Shown here: positions 9,180 to 17,578 of the stretch, one piece after another
How the letters are laid out: every line of letters begins with the position of its first letter
Position numbering within the stretch: position 1 is the first letter of the stretch
NCBI GenBank assembly: GCA_030612885.1
Contig: JAUWMZ010000001.1
Location: 68,032 to 132,031, forward strand
Direction: 5' to 3'
DNA: 64,000 bases
Origin: Candidatus Nealsonbacteria bacterium
GTDB taxonomy: Bacteria > Patescibacteriota > Minisyncoccia > Minisyncoccales > JAGMDC01
The notes under the pieces: generated by a model
What the model was told of the DNA's origin: nothing
Databases searched by the model: none
What the model saw: only the letters and a program-made list of their open reading frames with translations
Translations under genes and position numbers: made by a program

Positions 9180-10627
9180 ATTGGTAGTTTAAAGCAAAAA
9201 GTAGACCCCTCGCCTTCTTTGGATTCAAACCAAATCCGACCTTTGTGAGCTTCAACAATGTTCTTGGCAATATAAAGGCCTAAGCCCGTACCTTCAGTAT
9301 CTATTCTCATTACATTAGCCCCCCGGAAAAATTTAGAGAAAACCCTGTCTAACTGGTCGCCGGGAATGCCTATACCAGTATCTCTTACACAAAGCTCTAT
9401 ACTCATATTAGCACTTCTTAAAGAAACTGTCACCTCTCCTTTGGAAGGAGTGTATCTAATGGCGTTTTCCACCAGATTTTGAATAGCCAGGCTTATTTTT
9501 TCATTATCTAATCTAATCTTAGGCAGTTTTTCTACCGGCTTTTCTAAAACAAGATTAATATCCTTTTGCTTGGCTCTCTCTTGAAAAGAATCAACTATGG
9601 ACTGGCATATTTCTTCAATGTCAAAAAGAAAGGCTTTAAAAACATATCTTCCTTCTTCAATTCTGGTAACATTTAAAAGGTCGTTAATCAAAGTAATCAT
9701 TCTTTCATTGCTCTTGTATGTCTTTTCTAAAAACTCTTTCTGCTTTTCACTAATGGCTCCCAGGTCGCCGTCCAGCAGCATCCTCAATGTCCACTTGACG
9801 GCTGATAAAGGCGTCCTCAGCTGATGGGCGGAAATACTTACAAACTCGGTCTTCATATTTTCAATCATTTTCTCCCGAGTGATATCATGCAGGTTGACCA
9901 GGGTTCCTATTTTTTCTCTGCCTCTTAAAATAAAAATTGCCGAAACCTCCAAAACTAAGTTTTTATGAAGCATTAATTCTTCTCTAAAAACTTCTTTTTT
10001 CTCTTTTCCCAAGATATTGACTAACTTTCCAAAATTTCCAAACTTGTGAAGTTCAGAAATATTTTTATTGGCTACTTCCTCGGTCTCAACATTGAGAAAC
10101 TCCTTTGCGCGAGGATTAATCAAAGAAAGATTATCCCCTTTGTCAAATACTAATAAGCCGTCGCTGAAATTATTAATAATATCCAGGGTCTTGTTCTTTT
10201 CCTCTTCTGTTCTTAAACGAGCTTCATTTAAATAAACATTAAAATTTCTCAAACTCTTTATGGTCTCATTAAATGTTTCTGCCAACTCTCCGATTTCTGT
10301 GCCAGAAGCAGCTGGAATGCTTACATCCAAATTCCCTTTTTTTATTTCCTGGCAGGCAAAAGTTATTTCTTTTAGCGGCTTTATAACCCTCCTTAAAAAC
10401 AAAAGCAGGACAACAACAAAAAGAAGTAATATGGCAAAAATAGTTAAAATATCTCGCTGCCAGATTTCTCCAATTATTTCATCTATCTCTGCCTGGCTTG
10501 GTCCCTGAACTGCTATTTTTGTCAAATCAGCCCTATTTTGGCTAAGGGAAAAAAATATCAGGCCCGAGCTTATCACGAGCAAAACAAGAGAAATAAAAAT
10601 AACCTTGGTATATATAGAACAACGCAT
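9176..10627 (-). CDS. sensor histidine kinase (TM-HAMP-PAS-HisKA-HATPase)
   Basis: H-box FVSISAHQLRTPL plus N/G boxes (NLVENAIRYT, DTGIGIP, GTGLGLYI). Overlaps the downstream receiver gene by 4 nt. Confidence 0.9.
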   Translation of the reverse strand: MRCSIYTKVIFISLVLLVISSGLIFFSLSQNRADLTKIAVQGPSQAEIDEIIGEIWQRDILTIFAILLLFVVVLLLFLRRVIKPLKEITFACQEIKKGNLDVSIPAASGTEIGELAETFNETIKSLRNFNVYLNEARLRTEEEKNKTLDIINNFSDGLLVFDKGDNLSLINPRAKEFLNVETEEVANKNISELHKFGNFGKLVNILGKEKKEVFREELMLHKNLVLEVSAIFILRGREKIGTLVNLHDITREKMIENMKTEFVSISAHQLRTPLSAVKWTLRMLLDGDLGAISEKQKEFLEKTYKSNERMITLINDLLNVTRIEEGRYVFKAFLFDIEEICQSIVDSFQERAKQKDINLVLEKPVEKLPKIRLDNEKISLAIQNLVENAIRYTPSKGEVTVSLRSANMSIELCVRDTGIGIPGDQLDRVFSKFFRGANVMRIDTEGTGLGLYIAKNIVEAHKGRIWFESKEGEGSTFCFKLPI

Positions 10628-10642
10628 AATAATGATAAATGA

Positions 10643-11533
10643 TTATGGCAAACGTTCTGTCAAGCTGTAAAAATTATATTCTTTCAAAAGCTCTATCATC
10701 TTTTCTTTATTATAATCTTTCCACTGACATTTTTCCAAATTAAAATCCACAGGCGCGTCCATACGCGCTTTTGCCAAGTCATAAGATAAAAACACCTGGT
10801 CCTTGTAATCCAGTAAAAGCTCTTTAACTTTTGGCTTCAGGTCCCAGGCCTCACCTTTTTCTATGGTTTTATAAAGCTCATCAACACTGCCGTATTCTTG
10901 AAGCAGTTCAGCCGCTCTCTTTTTGCCGATGCCAGCGGCGCCCGGAATATTGTCAGAAGGGTCGCCGGCCAATGCCTTAAAATCAACTACCTGTTTTGGC
11001 AAAATCCCAAACCGTTCTTTTACTTTTTCCTCATCATAAATAACCGTTTCCTTTATGCCCTTGCCCAAAGTATAAACCTTAACGTTTTTATTAACCAGCT
11101 GGAGAGCGTCTAAATCGCCGGTTAAAATATAAATTTCAATCTCTGGCTCTGCCAGCTGGCGGAACTGCTCTTGGGCTTCTTTAGCAATAGTAGCAATCAA
11201 ATCATCTGCCTCAAATTCTTGTTTTTCAAAAATGGAAACATTAAAACTTTTTAAAATTTCCTTTATTTTGGGAATTTGGGCATAAAGATCTTCCGGCGCT
11301 TTAACCCTTTTTGCCTTGTAGCCGGCAAACTTTTTTTGCCGAAAGCTCGGTGCCGGAAAATCAAAACAAGCAGTAATATAATCCGGCTTTAATTCTTTTA
11401 AGGTTTTTAAAAAAACTAACAAAAAGCCGTAGACTGCATTAACCAACTCTCCTTTTTTTGTTGTCAACGGAGGCAAAGCATGATAAGCCCGATGAACCAA
11501 AGCATTACCGTCAATAATAACTAATTTCATCAA
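10643..11533 (-). CDS. stand-alone 5'-3' exonuclease (Pol I N-terminal / FEN-like)
   Basis: VIIDGNALVHRAYHALP and GDPSDNIPGAAGIGKKRAAELL (H3TH) motifs. No polymerase domain is present. Confidence 0.85.
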   Translation of the reverse strand: MMKLVIIDGNALVHRAYHALPPLTTKKGELVNAVYGFLLVFLKTLKELKPDYITACFDFPAPSFRQKKFAGYKAKRVKAPEDLYAQIPKIKEILKSFNVSIFEKQEFEADDLIATIAKEAQEQFRQLAEPEIEIYILTGDLDALQLVNKNVKVYTLGKGIKETVIYDEEKVKERFGILPKQVVDFKALAGDPSDNIPGAAGIGKKRAAELLQEYGSVDELYKTIEKGEAWDLKPKVKELLLDYKDQVFLSYDLAKARMDAPVDFNLEKCQWKDYNKEKMIELLKEYNFYSLTERLP

Positions 11534-11554
11534 TAATAAATGAATGATTAATAA

Positions 11555-13912
11555 TTACTTCAACTCCCTTATTTTGTCTCTGACATCCTCGTTATCCGGA
11601 TTCAATTCCAAAACCTTTTCAAACTCAGTAATCGCCTTTGCTTTTTCTCCTTTTGAGCTGTAAGCCACCCCAAGAGAGTAATGGGCATTGGAATGATTTG
11701 GTATCAAATTAACCACCATTTCAAATTGAGAAATTGCCTCATCTACCCTATCCTGATTAAAATAAAGCCGTCCAATCTGAAAAAGAATTTCTGCGTTAAG
11801 AGGAAAGGAACCTGCTAAATCTTCTAACTTGGCAATCGCGCCGGCAATATTTTCTTCTCTTTCCTCCATCAAAGCTATTTGAAGCGAAGCACCGATATAG
11901 TTGCTTTTCAGTTCCTCACCTTTTCTAAATGCTTCTTTTGCCTCATCGTTTTTCTCTGAACCCAAATAGACCTTTCCTAATTCAGTATAAAGAATAGGGT
12001 TGTTCGGCTCTAACTCAATAGCTCTTTGAAAAGATTTTTCCGCCCATTCCAGAGAGCCGGTAACCATACCTCTGATATCCCGATAAATAACTCCTAATGT
12101 TTCCCAAGCCACTACGCTGTTGGGACTGATTTCCGAAGCTCTTTTTGCCTCATCAAGGCATTTTTTTATTTTCTCCTGGGCTTGAGCCACATCCTGCTCT
12201 TCTCCGGGCTTCATTGCTTCAGCTAAAACCTCGCTTAAATAAAAACGGGCTAAAACTATTCTATACTGGCTAAAATGAGGATTTAATCTCTTTGCTTCTT
12301 CCAATAAATCAGTATTTATAGCTACGCCTGTTTGTACTGCCTGGCCATACTTCATATCAGCCCGATAAAACTTCTGGCCAATATAAAAGCTGCCCAATAT
12401 CCCTAAGCCGAAAATAATCAAACAAGATGTCAGCACCAGGCTCATCTCTGGAAAATTCTCAAAAGAAATCTTTTTCTCTTTGACTGGCGACTGCCAGGAA
12501 ACCACTGCTATTGCCAAAACCAGCCAGAAAGTAAATGCTAAAGTTGTATTCTGATAATAAAGCAGCTGTCCCACAAACAAAGCCAAAAAAGTCATTAACA
12601 AAGGCATTGTTAAATTATTTGAGATTTGGGATTTAATGCTTTTCAAGAAAACTAGAGAAATCAGCAAAAACAAGCCAATGATGCTCAAATAAGCCAAAAA
12701 GCCCAATATCCCTATGGTGCTTAATACCTCTACAATATAGCTTCCCGGACGGTCAAACCTAATCTGCCAGAAAGGACTTTCATTAAACTCAAGCGGCTTT
12801 TGCTTGGAGAAATCGTGAAAGAAAGTGCCTATGCCTGAACCTATAGCCGCATTTTTTAGATTATCAGTGACAGTGTTAAATCCAATCTTCCAGGAAGTTT
12901 CTTGGCTTAAAACTTCTTCTCTTACCAAGGGCCCCGCTTTAAATTCTTCCTGCATCACCTTAGAAAAATCAACATTTAAACCAACCACTGCAATAATAAC
13001 AAAAAATATCGGCACTAAGAGGCGGTTAACGTTTTCTTTAAATATCCTTGCTGTTAAAGCCATTGCTAAAAACAAAACCAAAGTTATAAGCAAAACCAGC
13101 CAAGCTGAAGAAAAATCAACCATAACCAAAATCCCCAAACCAAGAATTAACAAGACCCAAATCTTCATCTGCTTCAATCCCTTTGAAGAGCAAAGAAGCA
13201 ATCCGATACTTAAAACCGTTAATACGGCAACAAACATAGCTAACGCCTCCAAACTGTTGGCTATCGGATTAAATGTTTTTAACGACATTACTTGAGATAA
13301 TGCTAAATTATTAGTAATTAATGATATTTTGCTCCAAACCCCCAAAATTGACAAATAACCTATTAACATCACAAAAAACCCAGAAGCTAAAAACGTTTTC
13401 AATAACCCCTGAACACTAATCAATGATGAATTATCATTCCCCACTGATTTTTTATCAGTTTTCAATGATAAATGATTAATGATTAATGCTCCATTATTCG
13501 TTATTAAAAAATAAAGCGCTCCCAATGACAACAAGCCAATCAATCCATCGCTAAATTTCCCATAAAAACCAAATAAACTGGACATTTTATCCACCGAGAA
13601 AATAGCTGAAAAAACAGCTATTGCTAAAAATGCCAGTATCGGCAAGTCCAATGGCGTTCGTTTAAATCGTATTTCCTTGTCAACAACAACCATTTTTGCC
13701 AGCCAGGCAAAAAGAGCAATGCTGACCAGAAAAGACAATAAATACTGCTTGTTAAACTCAAACGCCTCAAAACTAAAAGGCATAAAGAAAAGAGGCAGCA
13801 GAAAAACAAGCAGATAAATGCTTCCTCTTAAAACACGGTTAAATATATTTGACATATTTGACATATTTGACATATACTTTTTTTTGAAAACCGTCCTCAG
13901 GCAATTAATCAA
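11555..13912 (-). CDS. polytopic O-antigen ligase-like membrane protein with C-terminal TPR repeats
   Basis: About 10 hydrophobic spans followed by repeated TPR-like units (NAHYSLGVAYSSKGEKAKAITEFEKVLELNP). The start is ambiguous because of three tandem in-frame ATGs. Confidence 0.6.
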   Translation of the reverse strand: MINCLRTVFKKKYMSNMSNMSNIFNRVLRGSIYLLVFLLPLFFMPFSFEAFEFNKQYLLSFLVSIALFAWLAKMVVVDKEIRFKRTPLDLPILAFLAIAVFSAIFSVDKMSSLFGFYGKFSDGLIGLLSLGALYFLITNNGALIINHLSLKTDKKSVGNDNSSLISVQGLLKTFLASGFFVMLIGYLSILGVWSKISLITNNLALSQVMSLKTFNPIANSLEALAMFVAVLTVLSIGLLLCSSKGLKQMKIWVLLILGLGILVMVDFSSAWLVLLITLVLFLAMALTARIFKENVNRLLVPIFFVIIAVVGLNVDFSKVMQEEFKAGPLVREEVLSQETSWKIGFNTVTDNLKNAAIGSGIGTFFHDFSKQKPLEFNESPFWQIRFDRPGSYIVEVLSTIGILGFLAYLSIIGLFLLISLVFLKSIKSQISNNLTMPLLMTFLALFVGQLLYYQNTTLAFTFWLVLAIAVVSWQSPVKEKKISFENFPEMSLVLTSCLIIFGLGILGSFYIGQKFYRADMKYGQAVQTGVAINTDLLEEAKRLNPHFSQYRIVLARFYLSEVLAEAMKPGEEQDVAQAQEKIKKCLDEAKRASEISPNSVVAWETLGVIYRDIRGMVTGSLEWAEKSFQRAIELEPNNPILYTELGKVYLGSEKNDEAKEAFRKGEELKSNYIGASLQIALMEEREENIAGAIAKLEDLAGSFPLNAEILFQIGRLYFNQDRVDEAISQFEMVVNLIPNHSNAHYSLGVAYSSKGEKAKAITEFEKVLELNPDNEDVRDKIRELK
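13847..13873. repeat. tandem 9-mer x3 (ATTTGACAT; minus strand ATGTCAAAT)
   Basis: Three perfect head-to-tail copies giving MSNMSNMSN at the 5' end of the gene. Confidence 0.9.
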
Positions 13913-13915
13913 GCA

Positions 13916-13985
13916 TTAAATAAATAATAAATGAATGATTACTGATAAATGATAAGTGATAAGTGATTAATGATTAATAATAATT
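13916..13985. repeat. intergenic TGAT/TAAT-unit tract (TAATCATTAATCA family)
   Basis: Sequence aatgaatgattactgataaatgataagtgataagtgattaatgattaataataa. The same family occurs after many genes in the window. Confidence 0.8.
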
Positions 13986-14014
13986 GGAAATTGAAAATTA
14001 TCTCTGGTTTGGTA

Positions 14015-15184
14015 TTAAATCTCAAATCCATAAACAACATTTTTTAGCAAACTATAATTGAGCGAAACTACTCTGAAAAAATCTATGTTTATTGCTTTGC
14101 TAATCCTTGCTAATTTATTCACATCTGTCCGGCTGGGATTGGTTTTAACTTCAAAAGATTTTTTTTTGTCAAGAATAAAATCAATTTCCGCGCCTGTCTT
14201 TCTCTGATAATAATTAACTTCACCATTCAACCTTAAACCTTGAAAAACATTCTGTTCAAACAGCGATCCCTTACTGATACTGGTTATATTACCAACTAAT
14301 CCTGAATCACAAAAATAAACTTTGGGTATTTTTCTAATTTCCACATCCCGGCTTTTACTAAAAGGCCTTGCTAATTTTATAAAGTAAGTGGCTTCTAAAA
14401 ATGACAAATAATCATAAATAGTCGCCCTTGAAACATTTAATTCTTGGGATATTTTTTTAATATCCAGCTTATTGCCTGTCCGCTCCGCTAACAGTAAAAT
14501 CAAATCCCTTACTTTGTCTGTTTTTCTAAAATCGCTTAATTGTTTTATTTCTAATTGAAAATAAGAAGTAAAAATATCATTCAGTGCCTGTTTTTTTTCT
14601 TTTATTGATTTTTTTTCTATCACCTGAGGAAATCCGCCAAACTTTAAAAACTCATCATAATAGCGAAAAAGGGTTTTAAAAATCGCCTCGTTAATTTGAG
14701 AATGTTTTGATGGAATTTTTAGATTTATTTGTTTTAATTGTAAAAATTCATGAAAGTCAAAAGGAAATAATTCAAAAACATATTTTCTGCCAGCTAATGA
14801 TTCGGAAAATAAATTTTTTAGATAAAAGCTTGCTGAACCGGTAAGAAAAAATTTGACTTTGTAATGATCTATAAAATATTTTACTATCTGCGGTATATTT
14901 TTAATGAGCTGAATTTCGTCCAAAAAGACAAAAGCTTTTTTACTAAAATCTATACCTAATGTTTCTAAAGAAAATTTAATTTGTTCAAAATTTTCCTCGT
15001 TAAAATATTTTTGATTCAAGGGATTTTCTAAATCTAAAAAAAGTTTGTTCTTATGGTCGATTTTATCATAAATAAAACTAAGAAGCGTGGTTTTGCCTGT
15101 TCTTCTCATTCCTGTAATAATAATAGCTTCTTTGGAATCTAAATATGGTTCTATTTTATTGTATAATTTTCTTTTTACTATCAT
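14015..15184 (-). CDS. AAA+ ATPase with DUF4143-like C-terminal domain
   Basis: Walker A GMRRTGKTT, Walker B VFLDEIQ, and a C-terminal VYFCDSGL segment typical of the AAA_14/DUF4143 family. Confidence 0.8.
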   Translation of the reverse strand: MIVKRKLYNKIEPYLDSKEAIIITGMRRTGKTTLLSFIYDKIDHKNKLFLDLENPLNQKYFNEENFEQIKFSLETLGIDFSKKAFVFLDEIQLIKNIPQIVKYFIDHYKVKFFLTGSASFYLKNLFSESLAGRKYVFELFPFDFHEFLQLKQINLKIPSKHSQINEAIFKTLFRYYDEFLKFGGFPQVIEKKSIKEKKQALNDIFTSYFQLEIKQLSDFRKTDKVRDLILLLAERTGNKLDIKKISQELNVSRATIYDYLSFLEATYFIKLARPFSKSRDVEIRKIPKVYFCDSGLVGNITSISKGSLFEQNVFQGLRLNGEVNYYQRKTGAEIDFILDKKKSFEVKTNPSRTDVNKLARISKAINIDFFRVVSLNYSLLKNVVYGFEI

Positions 15185-15250
15185 AATATAATCTTACACA
15201 AAGCAATACTATGTGTCAAGTATAACTTAACATAATATATAATTGTAAAT

Positions 15251-16345
15251 TTACTCAGTTGGTTCCTCGGTTGGTTCTTCAGGCGGTTCTGGCTCTGGCT
15301 CTGGCTCAATATTACAAACGCTGTCATACCAATAACCTCCAGCTTCAGTACATTCTGATTCATCAACACACAAATCAAGGTTTTCTGAATCGCAGACCGG
15401 CCCTGGCTCAACGCCGTCTTCAGGAGGCGTGGTTGTATCGGTTGGAGGAATATCTGGCGGAATAACCGGCTCTGGTTCTGATTCAAACAATGGCTCGCTG
15501 TTGCAAACATTGTTATACCAATAACCTCCAGCTTCAGTACATTCTGAATCATTTGTACACAAATTAAGGTTCTCTAAATCGCAAACTGGCTCTGGTTCTG
15601 GCTCTGGCACAAATGCGATTTCCGGCGCGGGTTCAACGGGTGTGGCCTCTAATTCTGGCTCTGGTTCAGGTTCAGGCGATTGATAATCCATCATTAATAA
15701 TTCATCGTTTATGTCTGACGGTTGAGAAACTTGGGCAATCTGGACAAATTCATCAACTGCTTGCTCAACAACTAATTCATAGCCAGGCAAGACCTTGTTT
15801 TTTATATCTAAAACCAAACTAACTAAACCAGTGTATTCAGTTGTTTCAACAATTTCAGTTTTGCCTTTTTCTATTTCAGCCGTCTGAACCTCTTTCAAAT
15901 AAGCTAATTCATAATCTGCTATCTCACCAAGTTCTTCTGTTAAGTATAAACCTAAATCTTTGTCACCAAGAGCGGCTTTAGAAACAGTCATTGTGGCGCT
16001 TTTAGCTAACGGCTGCCAGACATTATCTTTGATGCCCAGAGTATTGAACGAGTAGTCAATATAGTAATTCTCTTCATCTTTTGAAACAGCATTAATGGTC
16101 ATCGCTAAATCAAAGGTATCTAAATCAGCAGCTAAAAGCTGGGTGTTGTCTATACCTGTTTGGGTAATAATCTCCTCGCCAATAATAGCATCGTGTAAAT
16201 CTTCTGAAGCAAAGATGGCTCCGCTGAAAACAAATACTAAAATTAAGCCAATAGTAAAGGCGTTGTGGTATTTAATGAAGTCAATTACTCTATTCATTAT
16301 GGCGCTTTCCTTTATTAAGTTGTTTTGTTTTGTTGTTTTTTTCAT
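15251..16345 (-). CDS. secreted/anchored protein with PE-rich linkers and a duplicated 4-Cys module
   Basis: N-terminal hydrophobic anchor. Two near-identical modules: CDLENLNLCTNDSECTEAGGYWYNNVCN and CDSENLDLCVDESECTEAGGYWYDSVCN, separated by (EP)n linkers. Confidence 0.6.
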   Translation of the reverse strand: MKKTTKQNNLIKESAIMNRVIDFIKYHNAFTIGLILVFVFSGAIFASEDLHDAIIGEEIITQTGIDNTQLLAADLDTFDLAMTINAVSKDEENYYIDYSFNTLGIKDNVWQPLAKSATMTVSKAALGDKDLGLYLTEELGEIADYELAYLKEVQTAEIEKGKTEIVETTEYTGLVSLVLDIKNKVLPGYELVVEQAVDEFVQIAQVSQPSDINDELLMMDYQSPEPEPEPELEATPVEPAPEIAFVPEPEPEPVCDLENLNLCTNDSECTEAGGYWYNNVCNSEPLFESEPEPVIPPDIPPTDTTTPPEDGVEPGPVCDSENLDLCVDESECTEAGGYWYDSVCNIEPEPEPEPPEEPTEEPTE

Positions 16346-16349
16346 ATTT

Positions 16350-16377
16350 TTGTAAGTGAAATTATTTATGGTATAAT
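16350..16377 (+). promoter_or_regulatory. sigma70-type promoter with extended -10 (TTGTAA-N16-TGgTATAAT)
   Basis: The -10 box lies at 16372-16377 and is preceded by TG. The predicted start, near G16385, is the first base of a 12-bp helix. Confidence 0.5.
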
Positions 16378-16384
16378 TTTAATT

Positions 16385-16593
16385 GTGGTGGGGATGGCGT
16401 AGCACGAGGCCAGGATTATCACCCATGGCTTTCGGGGTGCAAATCCCCGCATCTCCACCACTTAAAAGTTATCCACAGTTATTCTATTGACAAAATATTT
16501 TGATTTGCTATACTTAAATTGGATGATAATCCTGGATCTCGTACTACGTTAAGGTCAGTGAAAAGTTCTGCGAAAGCAGAGCTTTTTGTTTTT
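16385..16593 (+). ncRNA. candidate structured RNA locus: tRNA-like acceptor/T-arm module plus a complementary downstream segment and terminator
   Basis: GTGGTGGGGATG (16385-16396) pairs with CATCTCCACCAC (16450-16461). T-arm-like CGGGG-TGCAAAT-CCCCG lies at 16433-16449, followed by CATCTCC-ACCA. Segment 16396-16425 is complementary to 16520-16550. Terminator hairpin with a GAAA loop and U-tract at 16561-16593. Confidence 0.4.
16487..16514 (+). promoter_or_regulatory. internal sigma70-type promoter (TTGACA-N16-TATACT) between the inverted repeats
   Basis: Consensus -35 and near-consensus -10. The predicted start, near 16521, coincides with the first base of the right inverted repeat. Confidence 0.5.
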
Positions 16594-16650
16594 CTCAATC
16601 TGAATTTTCTTTCTCCCGCCATCTTTTTGTGAAAACTGGTGTTAATAAAT

Positions 16651-16699
16651 CTCTGTTGATGTCTCTGTTGATGTCTCTGTTGATGTCTGACATCAACAG
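16651..16699. repeat. three tandem 12-mers (CTCTGTTGATGT) plus one inverted copy forming a 9-bp hairpin
   Basis: Direct copies at 16651-16662, 16663-16674 and 16675-16686. CTGTTGATG (16677-16685) and CATCAACAG (16691-16699) are inverted. Confidence 0.9.
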
Positions 16700-16710
16700 C
16701 TACTCCTCTA

Positions 16711-16959
16711 TTAAATTATATCTAATTTATAGCCCAGATTGTAAAGAGAAATGCCATTTAGGATGGCTTTCGGCGAATAGGTTTTGTGAAGCATTGGCGA
16801 GGAACAAAAATATCTCTTACAGGTTTTACAATAATATTTTTGGACCCGACCTTCTCTTTTAAATCTTTGGCCCGCCTTTACTACATTTTTCCCTTCGCAA
16901 AAAACACATTTTTTCTCTTCGTAGTTTAAAAGTTTTTTAGTTTTATTGTTAAAATCCAT
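16711..16959 (-). pseudogene. truncated IS1/IS1595-type zinc-ribbon transposase N-terminal fragment
   Basis: 82 aa with CVFCEGKNVVKAGQRFKREGRVQKYYCKTCKRYF (CxxC...CxxC). It stops just as the expected HTH (LYNLGYKL...) begins, abutting the 12-mer repeat array. Confidence 0.5.
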
Positions 16960-16968
16960 AAACTTTAA

Positions 16969-17166
16969 TCATTCTGTTGGTAAAGTCGCTTGTCCTAATT
17001 CCAAAATAATATCTTCATTTTTACCAGCGACAATATCAACTTCTGTTTCTGCGATTAAATCGCTTTTAGTCACTTTAAAAATATGTTTGCCGGGACTCAA
17101 TAAAGCCATTACATCAGATAATTCCTTTTCATCGGATGGAGTATAGTGAAAATTATCAATTTTCAA
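16969..17166 (-). CDS. short hypothetical protein (possible domain fragment)
   Basis: This 65-aa ORF has no recognisable motif, so coding status is uncertain. Confidence 0.25.
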   Translation of the reverse strand: MKIDNFHYTPSDEKELSDVMALLSPGKHIFKVTKSDLIAETEVDIVAGKNEDIILELGQATLPTE

Positions 17167-17269
17167 TTATCAATTTTCAATCAAATCCCAATTTTCAATT
17201 ATCAAAACTTTTATTTCTAGAAGATCTGCTAATCTTTGAAAAAATTAAGAGTAACTCTTGAGCTTCTTG

Positions 17270-17578
17270 TCAAAGTTCTTTTATTTTTTCTCTGTGTTCT
17301 GGATTGCTTCTGATTAAAAGCCTTAACCAGTGTCTTGTTTCTTTTATTTCTTTTTTGCAAATACCTATTTTATGAATAAAATCTTTTTTACTTTCTGCTT
17401 CAGTAGCTTCGCAATAATTAGCGCCAGTTGAACCAGCCGAAGCAACTAACTGACTAATTATCCTCTTGTTAACCGCGTCTTCTTTTATCGTTCTCACAAA
17501 ATCAATCACTTTCTCAGCAAATCGGGCAGTTCTTTCTTCTAAATCATAATTAAAATTTTTGTTTGATAATTGGGTCAT
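17270..17578 (-). CDS. four-helix-bundle protein (23S rRNA intervening-sequence protein family)
   Basis: 102 aa. The pattern RFAEKVIDF...QLVASAGSTGANYCEA...DFIHKIGICKKEIKETRHWLRL matches the family signature. Confidence 0.8.
   Translation of the reverse strand: MTQLSNKNFNYDLEERTARFAEKVIDFVRTIKEDAVNKRIISQLVASAGSTGANYCEATEAESKKDFIHKIGICKKEIKETRHWLRLLIRSNPEHREKIKEL

Noticed and set aside
14015-15184. AAA+/DUF4143 ATPase as a defence system
   Set aside because: It is a single gene with no nuclease, methylase or other partner in an operon, so there is no basis for a system call.
15181-15552. 123-aa ORF overlapping the 3' part of the Cys-repeat protein gene
   Set aside because: It is an alternate frame of the same strand inside a longer ORF with clear domain repeats. 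It also has an unusual Q/N/L-rich composition.
16389-16460. Canonical tRNA gene (GGGGATG...T-arm...CATCTCC-ACCA)
   Set aside because: Acceptor and T-arm pair correctly. However, only 36 nt lie between them, and I could not fold a D arm or a 5-bp anticodon stem with a 7-nt loop. The terminal helix also extends to 12 bp, including the CCA. It is kept only as a tRNA-like RNA candidate.
16469-16477. Perfect DnaA boxes (16469-16477 and 23466-23474) as a replication origin
   Set aside because: They are isolated single boxes far from dnaA. One or two perfect 9-mers in 64 kb read on both strands is within chance expectation.
16551-16593. SRP RNA helix 8 (GGUCAG...GAAA tetraloop...GCAG)
   Set aside because: The helix is a perfect 12-bp stem followed by a U-tract, with none of the conserved symmetric or asymmetric internal loops. 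It is better explained as an intrinsic terminator.
16385-16600. tmRNA (one-piece or permuted two-piece)
   Set aside because: There is no tag-like reading frame ending in hydrophobic residues plus stop. The 5' and 3' acceptor strands sit in the same short piece, which is opposite to permuted ssrA genes. The upstream 350 nt is protein-coding.
16651-16699. Mini CRISPR array
   Set aside because: The units are 12 nt and directly abutting, with no spacers, and no cas genes are nearby.
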